39,717 bases of DNA from assembly GCA_964544945.1 (NCBI GenBank), contig CAZJEJ010000003.1, positions 10,962 through 50,678 of the forward strand, written 5' to 3'. This document shows, piece by piece, positions 1 through 11,663 of the stretch. Below the pieces are notes generated by a model. It searched no databases and was not told the origin of the DNA. It saw only the letters and a list, made by a program, of their open reading frames with translations. Positions within the stretch are counted from its first letter, which is position 1. Every line of letters begins with the position of its first letter. This stretch comes from an uncultured Gammaproteobacteria bacterium (GTDB lineage Bacteria > Pseudomonadota > Gammaproteobacteria > GCA-001735895). Made by a program: the position numbers and the translations under genes.

Positions 1-3
1 AAG

Positions 4-1731
4 TTGCGAGAGGGTAATAATCAGGCCAGGTTTTACGCACTACGACACTATTTTGTAATCACTGTGTTGCTAACCCTGATGGTTGGCCTGGTGACACGCG
101 CGCTATATCTTCAGATCGTAGAAAAAGACTTTTTATCGAGTCAGGGGATTCAGCGGCAAATTCGCATGATAGAAACCCCTGCTTATCGGGGTACGATCAT
201 GGATCGATTCGGAACACCCCTGGCGATTAGTACGCCAGTCGATTCGGTTTGGGTCAATCCAGGTGAAATACTGCAAAATTTACCGGCATTAAAGCAGGTG
301 GTTAAAAAGCTTGAACTTGACTACCCGGAGACCGTTGCATTGCTTAAGCAAAAGGCCGACCGGGAATTTGTATATCTGAAGCGCCAGCTTGAGCCCGAGT
401 TGGCGAGACAGGTGGCAGATGGCGTCGATGGTGTTTACCTGCAACGCGAATATCATCGCTACTACCCGGCAGGAGAAGTGGTGTCGCACCTGGTTGGATT
501 TACCGATATCGACGATCGTGGGCAGGAAGGTCTGGAGCTGGTATACGAAGACTGGCTAAAAGCGCGGCCTGGAAAGCGCCGGGTGATTCGTAACCGTAAA
601 GGTGCGGTAGTAGAAGAAATTGCTCAGGTTAAACGCGCCCAGTCTGGTAACGACCTGACTTCCAGTATCGACATGCGCCTACAATATATTGCTTATCGAA
701 GTCTCGCGCGCGCGATTAAATATCATGCAGCCAAGGCCGGTAGTGCGGTATTACTCGACGTGCGAACGGGTGAAATCCTGGCGATGGTAAACCAGCCGTC
801 CTACAACCCGAATCAACGCAAAAAACAAAGTGCAGACCAGCGCCGTAACCGGGCTTTGACGGATGTGTTTGAACCGGGTTCGGCAATCAAACCCTTTACG
901 ATTGCAGCGGCTATCGACCAGGGTTTGTACGATCGGCAAAGCAAAATTAATACTGGACCAGGCTGGTTCATGGTGAAAGGGCATCCGATCAAGGACATCA
1001 GGAATTACGGTGAACTCGACCTGGCCGGCATATTGCGAAAATCGAGCAATGTCGGTGCATCGCGTATCGCGCTATCGATGGAGGCCAGGGACCTATGGCA
1101 ATCCTTTACGGATTATGGTTTTGGCGAACCCGTGGGTGTTTCGTTTCCTGCCGAATCTGCCGGCTACTTCAGGCACTACGTGGACTGGCAAGCGTTAGAT
1201 CAAGCAACCATGGGGTTCGGGTACGGGTTATCCGTGTCCATTACGCAACTGGCAAGGGGCTACGCGGTGATTGCCAACGGTGGTCGGCAAATCGATCTCA
1301 GTCTGATAAAAAAAGAACCACAGGAAGAGCAGGAAAATCAAATAGCACGTCATGTAATGAAACCGTCCACTTCGGCATTCTTGATAGAAATGATGGAACA
1401 GGTTGTCGGGCCCGGTGGTACCGCCAAACAGGCAGCGGTACCAGGCTATCGTATCGCAGGGAAGACCGGTACAGCCAAAAAGAGCGTCGACGGTGGCTAT
1501 GAGGAAGACGACTATATAGCTGTTTTTGCCGGAATCGCTCCCGCCAGCAACCCCAGGCTAGTGATGGCGGTGATGATCGACGAACCTACTCAAAACGGAT
1601 ATTACGGTGGCAAGGTGGCAGCGCCCGTATTTCAGGAGGTAATGGAGAACGCTCTGCGAATTCTGGATATAGCGCCCGATGACTTACCCGCTTTGCAGGC
1701 TGGTGCAATTGACAGGGAGAAGGGGGCGTGA
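4..1731 (+). CDS. ftsI: Peptidoglycan D,D-transpeptidase FtsI (PBP3); possibly 5'-truncated by the window edge
   Basis: 575-aa ORF with an N-terminal TM helix (YFVITVLLTLMVGLV). Class B PBP motifs are present: SxxK (SAIK), SxN (SSN), KTG (KTGT). It lies directly upstream of murE. The only in-window start is TTG at 4, and the frame is open back to base 1. Confidence 0.92.
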   Translation: MREGNNQARFYALRHYFVITVLLTLMVGLVTRALYLQIVEKDFLSSQGIQRQIRMIETPAYRGTIMDRFGTPLAISTPVDSVWVNPGEILQNLPALKQVVKKLELDYPETVALLKQKADREFVYLKRQLEPELARQVADGVDGVYLQREYHRYYPAGEVVSHLVGFTDIDDRGQEGLELVYEDWLKARPGKRRVIRNRKGAVVEEIAQVKRAQSGNDLTSSIDMRLQYIAYRSLARAIKYHAAKAGSAVLLDVRTGEILAMVNQPSYNPNQRKKQSADQRRNRALTDVFEPGSAIKPFTIAAAIDQGLYDRQSKINTGPGWFMVKGHPIKDIRNYGELDLAGILRKSSNVGASRIALSMEARDLWQSFTDYGFGEPVGVSFPAESAGYFRHYVDWQALDQATMGFGYGLSVSITQLARGYAVIANGGRQIDLSLIKKEPQEEQENQIARHVMKPSTSAFLIEMMEQVVGPGGTAKQAAVPGYRIAGKTGTAKKSVDGGYEEDDYIAVFAGIAPASNPRLVMAVMIDEPTQNGYYGGKVAAPVFQEVMENALRILDIAPDDLPALQAGAIDREKGA

Positions 1732-3254
1732 TGACCGAAAAAGTTTATCGCTCAGTTAAATCGCTGGTCGAGCTGTTGCGAGATTTTGTCCCGAGTGAAA
1801 CCATACCCGAAGTCGAGATCGTAGATATTGTCAGCAATAGCAGGGTAGCACGCAAAGGTTCATTGTTTATCGCCCTGCAGGGTATCGGTTCCCACGGTAT
1901 CGATTATTCTATCGATGCGGTCAAAGCCGGAGCGGTAGCCGTGCTGTACGAGGCGCGGGATGAGTATTGCGAGCGACGTATTCCACTTTTGAGTAAGCAG
2001 GTTCAAACCCACTGGATACCATTGGACCGGTTAAACCAGGTTAATGGAGAGATCGTCAGTCGCTTTTACAACGAGCCAGGTAAAAAACTAAAGATAATCG
2101 GTATTACCGGTACCGATGGAAAATCCAGTGTCACACATTTACTCACGCAGGCTCTGGGGCGAATCGGAAAGGTCGCTGCCAGTATCGGTACGCTCGGTTA
2201 CGGCGTAGGCAACCAGCTAGAGTCCACTGCATTGACCACGCCCGATGCGGTAACGCTACAGACCTGGTTGCACGAATTCCATCAGCAAGTATGCGAATAC
2301 GTTGTCATGGAAGTATCCTCCCATGCGCTCGACCAATATCGTGTCAACGGTTGCAACTTTGATATCGCGGTACTCACCAATTTGGGTCGCGATCACCTTG
2401 ATTACCACGGAGATCAGGCGCAATATGCCGAAACCAAGTCGAGGCTATTTCGTGAGTTTGATCTATCGGCCAGGGTGTTGAATGTCGACGACGCACTAGG
2501 CCGCTCCCTGAGTCAGGAATTCGAAACAGAGGGACCAGTGCGTTATTCGGCCTCGCTAACGGCCGCGCCTGCCGATGTTGAAGTCAGGTTGTTGAGTAGC
2601 GAAGTGGTCGATCAGGGACTCGATATGCTGGTAGCGACGCCGTACGGAGACATTCAGGCGAGCACTTCGTTGATGGGGCGATTCAATATAGAGAATACGC
2701 TCGCCTGCATTTCGACTCTGATCGCGCTCGGCCTGGATTGTAAACAGATTCAGGAGGCGGTTACCGGCCTGCAACCTATACCTGGGCGTATGGAAAAGTT
2801 TACCGGCCATGGCGGTCTGGCGACGGCGGTAGTAGATTTTGCGCATACCGAACAGGCTTTACGGGCCTGCTTAACCACGAGTCGTGAATATACCGGAGGA
2901 CAGCTATGGTGCATATTTGGTTGTGGCGGTGACCGCGACCAGGGCAAGCGGCAGGGAATGGGCAGTGCGGTCGAGCAGCTTGCCGACCGGGTTATTATTA
3001 CCGACGACAACCCACGCACCGAAGATCCGGAGAAAATAGTCGAAGACATTCTCAAAGGTTTTCGCCAGCCTGAAAATGCCCGTGTGGTACACAATCGGCA
3101 GGCAGCCATCGAGTATGCACTGTCCGACGCCAATGCAGAAGACCTGGTTGTAATTGCCGGTAAGGGGCACGAGCAGGAACAGATTATCGGGCGAGAGCGT
3201 ATTCCGTTCAGCGACCGACACGTGGTGCAACGCTTTATGCAGGCGGCGACATGA
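1731..3254 (+). CDS. murE: UDP-N-acetylmuramoyl-L-alanyl-D-glutamate--2,6-diaminopimelate ligase MurE
   Basis: Mur ligase ATP loop GITGTDGKSS. The DNPR motif (ITDDNPRTEDP) is typical of meso-DAP-adding MurE. ATG 1731 abuts the ftsI stop (TGATG); GTG 1728 is the alternative start used by the ORF track. Confidence 0.93.
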   Translation: MTEKVYRSVKSLVELLRDFVPSETIPEVEIVDIVSNSRVARKGSLFIALQGIGSHGIDYSIDAVKAGAVAVLYEARDEYCERRIPLLSKQVQTHWIPLDRLNQVNGEIVSRFYNEPGKKLKIIGITGTDGKSSVTHLLTQALGRIGKVAASIGTLGYGVGNQLESTALTTPDAVTLQTWLHEFHQQVCEYVVMEVSSHALDQYRVNGCNFDIAVLTNLGRDHLDYHGDQAQYAETKSRLFREFDLSARVLNVDDALGRSLSQEFETEGPVRYSASLTAAPADVEVRLLSSEVVDQGLDMLVATPYGDIQASTSLMGRFNIENTLACISTLIALGLDCKQIQEAVTGLQPIPGRMEKFTGHGGLATAVVDFAHTEQALRACLTTSREYTGGQLWCIFGCGGDRDQGKRQGMGSAVEQLADRVIITDDNPRTEDPEKIVEDILKGFRQPENARVVHNRQAAIEYALSDANAEDLVVIAGKGHEQEQIIGRERIPFSDRHVVQRFMQAAT

Positions 3255-4624
3255 TCGAAATGACCCTGCAGGACTTAAGTCAACTGGTCGCCGATACTAG
3301 CGATACATTTCCAGACAAGTCGTTTCACGGCGTGGCTATCGATAGCCGTAAGGATTGCTCCGGCCGGCTGTTTGTAGCTATTCGTGGTGATCGGCTTGAC
3401 GGGCATGACTATGTGGAAAGTGCTTATCGCGATGGTGCGGTAGCTGCTTTGGTAGAAATCGAAACCGCATGTGAAATCCCCCAAATACGTGTCGTCGATT
3501 GTCGGCTGGCGATGGCACAACTGGCTAATCACTGGCGCCGTACTTGCCGGGCTACCGTGATCGCGCTCACTGGCAGTAATGGTAAAACCACGGTCAGGGA
3601 AATGCTCCGCCAGGTACTGAGCAAACAGGCCCCCACGCTTGCGAGCCAGGCTAATTTTAATAACGATATCGGCCTGCCCCTGACCCTGTTTGATTTGTCC
3701 GTGGATGATCGCTATGCGATTGTCGAACTAGGGGCCAATCACCCCCAGGAGATAGCCAGCCTGGCGAAGATAGCTGAACCGGATATTGTTTACGTTAACA
3801 ATGTAGCGGCAGCGCATTTGGCCGGATTCGGATCACTGCAGGGCGTAATTGAGGCGAAGGGCGAATTGTACGCGTATTGTCAACCGCATCATCGTGCCGT
3901 ATTTAACCTGGACGAATCGGCGCACCAGTACTGGGATTCGCTTTGCGCCGCCAGGCATAAAATAAGCTGCGCGCTGGACTGCGATGCAGACGTTCGAGCC
4001 AATTGGAGCGCTGTGCAGGAAGGTCTATCGCTCGAAGCCATTTATGGCGATCAGAAGCATACATCACGGCTCAGGGTGTTTGGCGAGCATAACGCTCGAA
4101 ACGCGTTGGCAGCGATTACGGTGGCAATCATGGCCGGGGTCGACTTTCAGGAAGCAATGAAAAACCTGTCCGACTTTTCCGGCGTTAAGGGCCGGTTGCA
4201 AATGTTGCAGGGTCCACACCACAGTCGGGTTATCGACGACACTTACAATGCTAATCCTGACTCGCTGGAAGTTGGCGTCAAGGTACTGTGCGCGCTAAAA
4301 GGTAGCGCCTGGCTGGCGCTTGGAGACATGGCCGAGTTGGGCGATGAGAGTGAAGCGTTGCACAGGCAAGCCGGGCAGACGGCCAGACGGTTCGGGGTAG
4401 AAAAATTATTTGGAATAGGACCGATGAGCTGCGTCGCAAGCCAGGAGTTCGGCGATGCAGGCTACTGCTTCGAGCAGATCGGTGAAATGGCCGATAGTAT
4501 CCTTGGGCAGATCCATCAGGACGTCAATCTACTGGTCAAGGGGTCGCGTAGTGCCGCGATGGAAAAACTCATCGAGACTCTTGTCAATCACGATAGGGGT
4601 AGGGGCGCCAGGCATGCTATATAA
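3251..4624 (+). CDS. murF: UDP-MurNAc-tripeptide--D-alanyl-D-alanine ligase MurF
   Basis: Mur ligase loop [13 protein letters not shown] overlap with the murE stop. Canonical position between murE and mraY. Confidence 0.93.
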   Translation: MIEMTLQDLSQLVADTSDTFPDKSFHGVAIDSRKDCSGRLFVAIRGDRLDGHDYVESAYRDGAVAALVEIETACEIPQIRVVDCRLAMAQLANHWRRTCRATVIALTGSNGKTTVREMLRQVLSKQAPTLASQANFNNDIGLPLTLFDLSVDDRYAIVELGANHPQEIASLAKIAEPDIVYVNNVAAAHLAGFGSLQGVIEAKGELYAYCQPHHRAVFNLDESAHQYWDSLCAARHKISCALDCDADVRANWSAVQEGLSLEAIYGDQKHTSRLRVFGEHNARNALAAITVAIMAGVDFQEAMKNLSDFSGVKGRLQMLQGPHHSRVIDDTYNANPDSLEVGVKVLCALKGSAWLALGDMAELGDESEALHRQAGQTARRFGVEKLFGIGPMSCVASQEFGDAGYCFEQIGEMADSILGQIHQDVNLLVKGSRSAAMEKLIETLVNHDRGRGARHAI

Positions 4625-5696
4625 GCTGTCCGAATATCTGACCCAGTTCCATAGCGGATTTAACGTATTCCAGTACCTGACAATGCGTTCGATACTCGGT
4701 GTGCTCACCGCGCTACTGATATCGCTCATCGTCGGTCCTCGTCTGATCCGATACCTGGATAGTTACAATATTGGGCAGCGTGTACGTGATGATGGACCCG
4801 AAAGTCATTTCACCAAAGCGGGCACTCCAACCATGGGCGGGGCGCTGATACTGGTCGCTATTGTGGTTAGCACCCTCCTGTGGAGCGATTTATCGTCCCG
4901 ATATGTCTGGGTGGTTCTATTTGTAACGGTTGGATTTGGCGTCATCGGCTGGATCGACGACCATAAGAAAATCGTTTACGGCAATTCCAGGGGATTGTCA
5001 GCCAGATACAAGTATTTTTGGCAATCGGTAGTTGGACTGAGTGCAGCACTGACCTTGTTCTATACCGCGCAATACCCGATAGAAACCCAGCTCATCGTAC
5101 CCTTTGTCAAAGATATTTTACTTGATCTTGGCTGGATCTATGTAGTGCTGGCTTATTTTGTCATTGTCGGCAGCAGCAATGCAGTGAATCTGACCGATGG
5201 CCTCGACGGACTGGCGATCTTGCCCACGGTAATGGTTGGCGGTGCTCTGGGGGTATTCGCCTATCTCACCGGTAACTTTAATTTCTCCAGTTATCTCGGT
5301 ATTCCCTATGTGCCCGGAGTCGGTGAAATCGTGGTGTTCTGCGGTGCCCTTGTCGGTGCCGGTCTTGGATTTTTGTGGTTTAACACCTACCCGGCACAAA
5401 TTTTTATGGGTGATGTCGGTGCGCTGGCACTGGGTGCCGCGCTCGGAGTTATTGCCGTAATCGTACGCCAGGAGCTGGTGTTGTTTATCATGGGTGGAAT
5501 TTTTGTCGTTGAGACGGTTTCAGTGGTGTTGCAGGTAGCATCGTTTAAATTGACCGGGCGACGAATATTTCGCATGGCTCCGTTGCACCATCATTTTGAA
5601 CTGAAAGGATGGCCAGAACCCCGAATCATCGTTCGTTTCTGGATCATTACAGTGGTGCTGGTATTGATCGGTCTTGCCAGCTTGAAGGTTCGATGA
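4614..5696 (+). CDS. mraY: Phospho-N-acetylmuramoyl-pentapeptide transferase MraY
   Basis: Co-linear with E. coli MraY from the N-terminus ([23 protein letters not shown]) through [24 protein letters not shown] and the C-terminal GLASLKVR. Start set at ATG 4614, an 11-nt overlap with murF. The ORF-track start at 4455 is an in-frame extension inside murF. Confidence 0.95.
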   Translation: MLYKLSEYLTQFHSGFNVFQYLTMRSILGVLTALLISLIVGPRLIRYLDSYNIGQRVRDDGPESHFTKAGTPTMGGALILVAIVVSTLLWSDLSSRYVWVVLFVTVGFGVIGWIDDHKKIVYGNSRGLSARYKYFWQSVVGLSAALTLFYTAQYPIETQLIVPFVKDILLDLGWIYVVLAYFVIVGSSNAVNLTDGLDGLAILPTVMVGGALGVFAYLTGNFNFSSYLGIPYVPGVGEIVVFCGALVGAGLGFLWFNTYPAQIFMGDVGALALGAALGVIAVIVRQELVLFIMGGIFVVETVSVVLQVASFKLTGRRIFRMAPLHHHFELKGWPEPRIIVRFWIITVVLVLIGLASLKVR

Positions 5697-7039
5697 TGTT
5701 GCCCATGGATAAACAGCAGCGACAACACGAAGACCTGAACTATCTGATAGTAGGGCTGGGTCTTACCGGGTTTTCGATTGCGAGTTATTTACTCGGGCAT
5801 GGTTACCGTTGCAAGGTGCAGGATAGCCGTGACATTCCTCCCTATATGCACCACCTAAGAAAACGGTTTCCAAAGGTGGAAATCAAAAGGCAGGCACTCG
5901 ATTTAGATTTAGTCGAGTGGGCCGATGCCCTGGTGGTTAGCCCGGGTCTGTCGATTCACCAGACGCTGATCAGGCAAGCAGCCGAAATGGGTAAACAGAT
6001 TATTGGCGATATCGAATTGTTTGCGCAGGCGGTGGAGGGACCTGTGGTGGCGATTACCGGGTCTAACGGAAAAAGCACCGTGACCAGATTGCTTGGCGCT
6101 ATGATCGAGTGCGATGGAAAACGTGTCGGTGTCGGTGGCAATATTGGAACCCCAGCACTGGATTTATTGCAAACGCCGGTTGATTTGTACGTGCTTGAGC
6201 TATCCAGTTACCAGCTAGAAACCACCCACTCGCTCCAACCTGCGGTAGCTACTGTTCTCAATGTTTCTGAAGATCATCTCGATCGTTATCAAAGCTACAC
6301 CGATTATATCCAGGCCAAGTTGCATATTTATAAGAGTGCCAGGGTCTGCGTCAGTAACGCCGACGATGAGGCTACCCGGCACGGTATCAACGATATCACC
6401 TTTAGCCTGAACCCCGAGATCGAGGCGGACTTTCACCTGATACACGATGATGGCACCTGGTTGGCGCATCGAGGTGAAGCCTGGCTCAATATAAATGAGC
6501 TAAAAATCACCGGTCGACACAACTGGGCTAATTGTCTGGCTACCATGGCACTCGCGCATGAGATGGGCATATCGAAGCGTGCCATTATCGAGGCGATGCG
6601 GAAATTTACCGGCATCGCGCATCGCAGTCAGTGGGTGGCCGAGGTCGATGGGGTTGAGTGGATAAATGACTCTAAAGCGACCAATGTGGGTGCGGCGAAA
6701 GCCTCGATCGAAGGTCGCGAGCGGCCGGTGATACTGATCGCCGGGGGTCAGTCCAAGAATGCCGATATGAGCGTGCTCTACCCGGTGATCGAACAACGGG
6801 TGAAGCTCGTTCTGCTCATGGGCGTGGACGCCGACATTCTCGAGCGAGCCTGGCGAGGGGCCACTCTTATCGAGCGCGTCGATAGCATGAAATGTGCTGT
6901 CGCCAGGGCTTACGGGCAGGCCGAGCGTGGCGATTGCGTGTTGCTGGCACCCGCCTGTGCGAGCTTCGATATGTATGAAAAATTCGAGGCCAGGGGCGAT
7001 GACTTCATGCAGCAGGTGCGGAGATTGCTCGATGATTAG
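5693..7039 (+). CDS. murD: UDP-N-acetylmuramoylalanine--D-glutamate ligase MurD
   Basis: N-terminal Rossmann-like GLGLTG and Mur ligase loop ITGSNGKST; WINDSKATN block as in E. coli MurD. ATG 5693 overlaps the mraY TGA (ATGA). ATG 5708 is an alternative start. Confidence 0.92.
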   Translation: MMLPMDKQQRQHEDLNYLIVGLGLTGFSIASYLLGHGYRCKVQDSRDIPPYMHHLRKRFPKVEIKRQALDLDLVEWADALVVSPGLSIHQTLIRQAAEMGKQIIGDIELFAQAVEGPVVAITGSNGKSTVTRLLGAMIECDGKRVGVGGNIGTPALDLLQTPVDLYVLELSSYQLETTHSLQPAVATVLNVSEDHLDRYQSYTDYIQAKLHIYKSARVCVSNADDEATRHGINDITFSLNPEIEADFHLIHDDGTWLAHRGEAWLNINELKITGRHNWANCLATMALAHEMGISKRAIIEAMRKFTGIAHRSQWVAEVDGVEWINDSKATNVGAAKASIEGRERPVILIAGGQSKNADMSVLYPVIEQRVKLVLLMGVDADILERAWRGATLIERVDSMKCAVARAYGQAERGDCVLLAPACASFDMYEKFEARGDDFMQQVRRLLDD

Positions 7040-8267
7040 CTACCGCGTTGATCAGGCAATACGGGGTGAATCGCTGGCGGAAGAGCCCACTATTGAGCTT
7101 GCGCCCGACATTGATCGCAGCATCTTGTTGTTATACCTGATACTAATTTTAATTGGCCTGATCATGGTGTCATCGGCGTCGATTAGTATCGCCGATCAGC
7201 AGACCGGTGATCCATTTTATTATGCAAAACGGCAGTTTCTACGTATTTTGTTAAGCCTGGCACTGGTCTGGGTCACCTGCAAGGTTCCGCTCGTATTCTG
7301 GAATAAAAATGGCATGTTATTGATGCTGGGTTCGGTCATCCTGCTCGCTGCAGTGTTGGTACCGGGTGTCGGATATACGGTTAACGGTAGTACGCGCTGG
7401 TTGAACTTTGGCCTGTTTACTTTCCAGGTTTCAGAGGTGGCGAAACTGCTTATGATTATTTATCTCAGCGGGTATTTGGTTCGGCGCTCGGAAGAATTGC
7501 AAACCAATACCATGGGTTTCGTAAAACCGATGCTGATTATGGCCTTCGCCAGCGGATTATTGATACTCGAACCAGATTTCGGCGCAGCCGCTGTACTGCT
7601 GCTGACTGGGCTTGGCCTGATGTTTCTGGGTGGCGTACGTTTCGGGCAATTTGTACTGTTTCTGACCGGCACCCTGGTTATCATGGTGATACTGGCAATT
7701 TCCTCTCCTTATCGCCTCACGCGTATCACTTCATTTATCGATCCCTGGGCCGACCCGTTTAACAGCGGGTTCCAATTGACCCAATCCTTGATCGCGATTG
7801 GCAGCGGCGGCTGGTTTGGTGCGGGTCTGGGTGGCAGTATTCAAAAACTGTTTTACCTGCCGGAAGCCCACACCGACTTTCTGTTTGCCATTTACGCCGA
7901 GGAATTTGGCCTGGTAGGGACTGTGGTGTTGATAGGGCTATACGCTTTATTCGGCTTGCGTTGTTTTTCGATTGGTAAAATGGCGCTACTGAGCCAGCAG
8001 GCGTTTGGCGCTTATCTGGCTTACGGTGTGGGGCTTTTGATTGCGCTGCAGGCGATAATCAATATCGGGGTGAATTTAGGAGCTTTACCTACAAAAGGCA
8101 TGACATTGCCTTTTGTCAGCTATGGCGGCAACAGTATGTTGAGCATGTCATTGGGTGTCGGACTGGTGCTCAGGGTGTTCCGTGAATACCAGTTCAAGCA
8201 GGGTGTCCCGACTGTTAAGGAACGGCGTCGAGTCAATCGTTCGTCCAATCGGCGGATATCGACATGA
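7032..8267 (+). CDS. ftsW: SEDS-family peptidoglycan glycosyltransferase / lipid II flippase FtsW
   Basis: Polytopic membrane protein co-linear with FtsW/RodA family proteins (PDFG, GLPTKGMTLPFVSYGG). Start ATG 7032 (MISYRVDQ) overlaps murD by 8 nt. The ORF-track start at 6894 lies inside murD. Confidence 0.92.
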   Translation: MISYRVDQAIRGESLAEEPTIELAPDIDRSILLLYLILILIGLIMVSSASISIADQQTGDPFYYAKRQFLRILLSLALVWVTCKVPLVFWNKNGMLLMLGSVILLAAVLVPGVGYTVNGSTRWLNFGLFTFQVSEVAKLLMIIYLSGYLVRRSEELQTNTMGFVKPMLIMAFASGLLILEPDFGAAAVLLLTGLGLMFLGGVRFGQFVLFLTGTLVIMVILAISSPYRLTRITSFIDPWADPFNSGFQLTQSLIAIGSGGWFGAGLGGSIQKLFYLPEAHTDFLFAIYAEEFGLVGTVVLIGLYALFGLRCFSIGKMALLSQQAFGAYLAYGVGLLIALQAIINIGVNLGALPTKGMTLPFVSYGGNSMLSMSLGVGLVLRVFREYQFKQGVPTVKERRRVNRSSNRRIST

Positions 8268-9358
8268 GTCAGGCGTTGAAAAAACCCATAGTGGTAATGG
8301 CTGGCGGAACCGGTGGGCACGTGTTCCCGGCGCTGGCGGTGGCCGAGTATTTGCGATCCAGGGGGGAAACGGTCATCTGGATCGGGACACGCGCAGGCAT
8401 AGAGGCGCGTGTCGTGCCAGCGGCCAATTTTGCGGTCGAATGGCTAAGTATTCAGGGTTTGCGTGGCAAGGGAACGATCACCCTCTTATTCGCCCCGTTC
8501 AAACTGGTTCGAGCCTGCTGGCAGGCATACTTTATATTGCTGCGCCTGCGTCCAAAGGCGGTATTGGGCATGGGTGGATTCGTTGCCGGTCCTGGCGGCC
8601 TGATGGCCTGGGTTCTCAATATACCGCTATTTCTGCACGAACAGAATTCGGTGACTGGCTTGACCAACCGATTGCTTGTTCGTTTCGCAATGCGTAGTTA
8701 TTTTGGCTTCCCCGAAGCGGCACAAAGAGTGCCACGCGGGGAGTGTATCGGTAACCCGGTACGCGCGCAGTTAATCGATCTACCTGCGCCCGAAGACCGT
8801 TTGGCAGCACGTACCGGTGATCCGATAAACCTGCTGGTAATAGGCGGTAGTCTGGGGGCGGCGAGACTAAACCGGGAATTGCCGAGCGCGATTGCACAGA
8901 TCGATTCAGAGCAACGTCCCGGTATTAAACATCAATGCGGAAAGGATCACTTGCAGGCCTGTGAATCCTGGTACCGTGAAGCCAGGGTAGAGGCCGAGGT
9001 AGTCGAATTTATCGACGATATGCGCGCTGCTTACGAATGGGCTGACCTGGTGGTATGCCGCGCGGGTGCGCTAACTATTTCTGAACTGGCGGCGGTCGGT
9101 ATCGCGTCGATTCTGATCCCATATCCCTATGCAACAGACAACCATCAATACCACAATGCACGATTTCTGGAGCACAAAGAGGCTGCGCGTATTCTGACTG
9201 AAGACGAACTCGGGGCCGATTCCCTGGCATTGCTGCTGCTTTACTTCCAACAAAACAGGGGTGAGTTGTTGGCGATGTCGGTACGAGCGCGTGCACAGGC
9301 GAGAATTGACGCGACCGAACGTCTGGGACAGGGCGTACTCGCAGGAGCGGCGGAATGA
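8264..9358 (+). CDS. murG: UDP-GlcNAc:lipid I N-acetylglucosaminyltransferase MurG
   Basis: N-terminal G-loop [14 protein letters not shown] and a GT28 C-terminal domain ([13 protein letters not shown]). ATGA overlap with the ftsW stop. Confidence 0.94.
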   Translation: MSQALKKPIVVMAGGTGGHVFPALAVAEYLRSRGETVIWIGTRAGIEARVVPAANFAVEWLSIQGLRGKGTITLLFAPFKLVRACWQAYFILLRLRPKAVLGMGGFVAGPGGLMAWVLNIPLFLHEQNSVTGLTNRLLVRFAMRSYFGFPEAAQRVPRGECIGNPVRAQLIDLPAPEDRLAARTGDPINLLVIGGSLGAARLNRELPSAIAQIDSEQRPGIKHQCGKDHLQACESWYREARVEAEVVEFIDDMRAAYEWADLVVCRAGALTISELAAVGIASILIPYPYATDNHQYHNARFLEHKEAARILTEDELGADSLALLLLYFQQNRGELLAMSVRARAQARIDATERLGQGVLAGAAE

Positions 9359-10773
9359 CACTCAGTTCCAGGCATTTCATGCGACGCATCAAAAATATTC
9401 ATTTCATTGGTATCGGCGGTGCCGGCATGAGTGGTATTGCCGAAGTCTTCCATAACCTGGGCTACACCATCAGCGGTTCGGATATCGCAGAAAACACCAT
9501 GGTCAGGCACCTGCGCAGACTTGGTATCACGATACACATTGGCCATAGACCGGATAATATCGAAGGCGTGCATGTCGTTGTTGTTTCTACCGCGATCGAC
9601 GAAGCGAATGAAGAAATAGTCGCGGCGAAAACACAACGTATACCGATTGTACGGCGTGCCGAAATGCTCGCCGAACTGATGCGATTTCGTCGCGGCATAG
9701 CAGTCGCAGGTACGCACGGCAAGACCACCACGACAAGCCTGGTCGCGAGTGTCCTGGCCCGGGGAGATATCGATCCGACTTACGTGATCGGAGGCATGCT
9801 CAATAGTTCGGCGAGCCACGCCAGGTTGGGATTAAGCGATTATCTGGTCGCCGAGGCCGATGAAAGCGATGCATCGTTTCTGTATTTACAGCCGATGATG
9901 TCGATCGTGACCAATATCGACAGGGACCATTTGTCGACCTACGAAGGCGATTTTGAGCGATTAAAGCAAACCTTCGTCGAATTCTTGCATCATATGCCAT
10001 TTTACGGCCTCGCCGTGATGTGTATCGACGACCCCGTGATACGCGAAATCATGCCCGACGTTGCGCGCCCGGTGCTGACCTATGGTGAAGCGGAAGATGC
10101 CGACGTGCGTATTACCGCTATCAGTGCAAAAGGCGCCAAAACTCTCTTTTCGGTAATGCTTCCAGACGACGACCAGGTACTCGAAATTGAATTGAATATG
10201 ACCGGAAAACACAACGTGCTCAATGCCACGGCCGCTATTGCTATCGCCTGGGAACTGGAGGTGAGTCGCGACGCAATAGGAGCCGCACTGGCCGAATTTT
10301 CCGGAATAGGGCGTCGCTTTCAAATCAATGAAGACGTATCGGTCGCCAGCGGTAGTGTCATGCACATCGATGATTATGCGCATCATCCAAGTGAAATAAG
10401 GGCGACAGTCGAAGGTATTCGAGCCGCCTGGCCGGAAAAACGCCTGACCGTGGTTTTTCAACCGCATCGATTTACCCGGACCCGAGACCTGTTCGAAGAT
10501 TTTAGCCAGGTACTCTCCGAGGTCGATCAGCTTGTGTTGCTCGAGGTTTATCCAGCCGGCGAGAAACCTATCAAGGACGCCGATGGTCGAGCCCTGGCGC
10601 GTTCGATCCGGGTTCGTGGAAAGATCGACCCCATATTTGCCGAGGACTTCGAGTCGCTCGACCAGGTGATAGAGGATCTGTTAGAAAATGGCGACATATT
10701 TCTGACCCTGGGGGCAGGCAGTATCGGGGCCTGGTCTGCAGGCTTTTTGTCGCGACATGGGCAGGGCCAATGA
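9355..10773 (+). CDS. murC: UDP-N-acetylmuramate--L-alanine ligase MurC
   Basis: [35 protein letters not shown] and [12 protein letters not shown] blocks are near-identical to E. coli MurC. ATGA overlap with murG. Confidence 0.95.
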   Translation: MTLSSRHFMRRIKNIHFIGIGGAGMSGIAEVFHNLGYTISGSDIAENTMVRHLRRLGITIHIGHRPDNIEGVHVVVVSTAIDEANEEIVAAKTQRIPIVRRAEMLAELMRFRRGIAVAGTHGKTTTTSLVASVLARGDIDPTYVIGGMLNSSASHARLGLSDYLVAEADESDASFLYLQPMMSIVTNIDRDHLSTYEGDFERLKQTFVEFLHHMPFYGLAVMCIDDPVIREIMPDVARPVLTYGEAEDADVRITAISAKGAKTLFSVMLPDDDQVLEIELNMTGKHNVLNATAAIAIAWELEVSRDAIGAALAEFSGIGRRFQINEDVSVASGSVMHIDDYAHHPSEIRATVEGIRAAWPEKRLTVVFQPHRFTRTRDLFEDFSQVLSEVDQLVLLEVYPAGEKPIKDADGRALARSIRVRGKIDPIFAEDFESLDQVIEDLLENGDIFLTLGAGSIGAWSAGFLSRHGQGQ

Positions 10774-11663
10774 ACATGGTAGAAACCTTGACATACCGTG
10801 GGCAGCTACTCTACGAGGAACCCATGTCGAAGCATACCAGCTGGCGCGTGGGCGGAAATGCCGAGCGCTACTACATTCCCGCAGACCTGGCCGATTTACA
10901 GGCTTATCTCGCGGCGCTAGACCCTCAAATACCGGTTACCTGGGTAGGGCTGGGTAGCAATATGCTGGTACGCGATGGCGGTATTCGGGGTGACGTAATT
11001 GCGCCACTGAACGCGCTCGGCCGCCTCGAATTGCTGGATGACGGAAGTATTTATGCCGAGTGTGGCGTAACCGATACAAAGCTGGCAAAACTATGCCTTA
11101 AGCACGAACTGACGGGTGGCGAATTCCTCGCGGGTATCCCGGGTACCGTAGGCGGTGCCCTGACCATGAATGCGGGCGCATTTGGCAGTGAAACATGGCG
11201 TCATGTCGAACGCGTGACGATGATCGACAGGCAAGGGCGTTTAATCGACAGGAATCCCTCTGAATTTAGTATTGCCTATCGCAGCGTTTCTCGCGCTGAG
11301 GATGAATGGTTTGCATCGGCGGTTTTTCGTTTTGCGCCGAGGCAGCCCGGTTTAGAGTCGGGTGTCAGGCAACTGCTACACGAGCGTAACGCCAGCCAGC
11401 CGATTGGCCAGCCTTCCTGTGGTTCGGTATTTAAAAACCCCGAGGGTGATCATGCCGCGCGCCTGATCGAATCAGCCGGTTTGAAAGGGTATTGCCGGGG
11501 TGGCGCCCATGTTTCAGAAAAACATGCCAATTTTATAATCAGCAAACCCCAAACCCGTGCCAGCGATATCGAGGCCCTGATCAGGTTTATTCAGCAAACC
11601 GTTAAGCAAAAATTCGACGTTGCACTGGAAACCGAAGTGCGCATCGTCGGGGAGGAGTCATGA
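10770..11663 (+). CDS. murB: UDP-N-acetylenolpyruvoylglucosamine reductase MurB (short form)
   Basis: FAD-binding PCMH-type domain ([16 protein letters not shown]) and a C-terminal SCGSVFKNP block; 297 aa. ATGA overlaps on both sides. Located between murC and ddl. Confidence 0.9.
   Translation: MNMVETLTYRGQLLYEEPMSKHTSWRVGGNAERYYIPADLADLQAYLAALDPQIPVTWVGLGSNMLVRDGGIRGDVIAPLNALGRLELLDDGSIYAECGVTDTKLAKLCLKHELTGGEFLAGIPGTVGGALTMNAGAFGSETWRHVERVTMIDRQGRLIDRNPSEFSIAYRSVSRAEDEWFASAVFRFAPRQPGLESGVRQLLHERNASQPIGQPSCGSVFKNPEGDHAARLIESAGLKGYCRGGAHVSEKHANFIISKPQTRASDIEALIRFIQQTVKQKFDVALETEVRIVGEES

Noticed and set aside
8155-9819. Long alternative-frame and antisense ORFs (8155-8697 +, 9241-9819 -, 9961-10467 -, 12095-12517 -, and others) within murG/murC/ddl.
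   Set aside because: They are embedded in genes with strong homology-based calls, have Arg/Ser/Pro-rich composition, and have no RBS or independent support.
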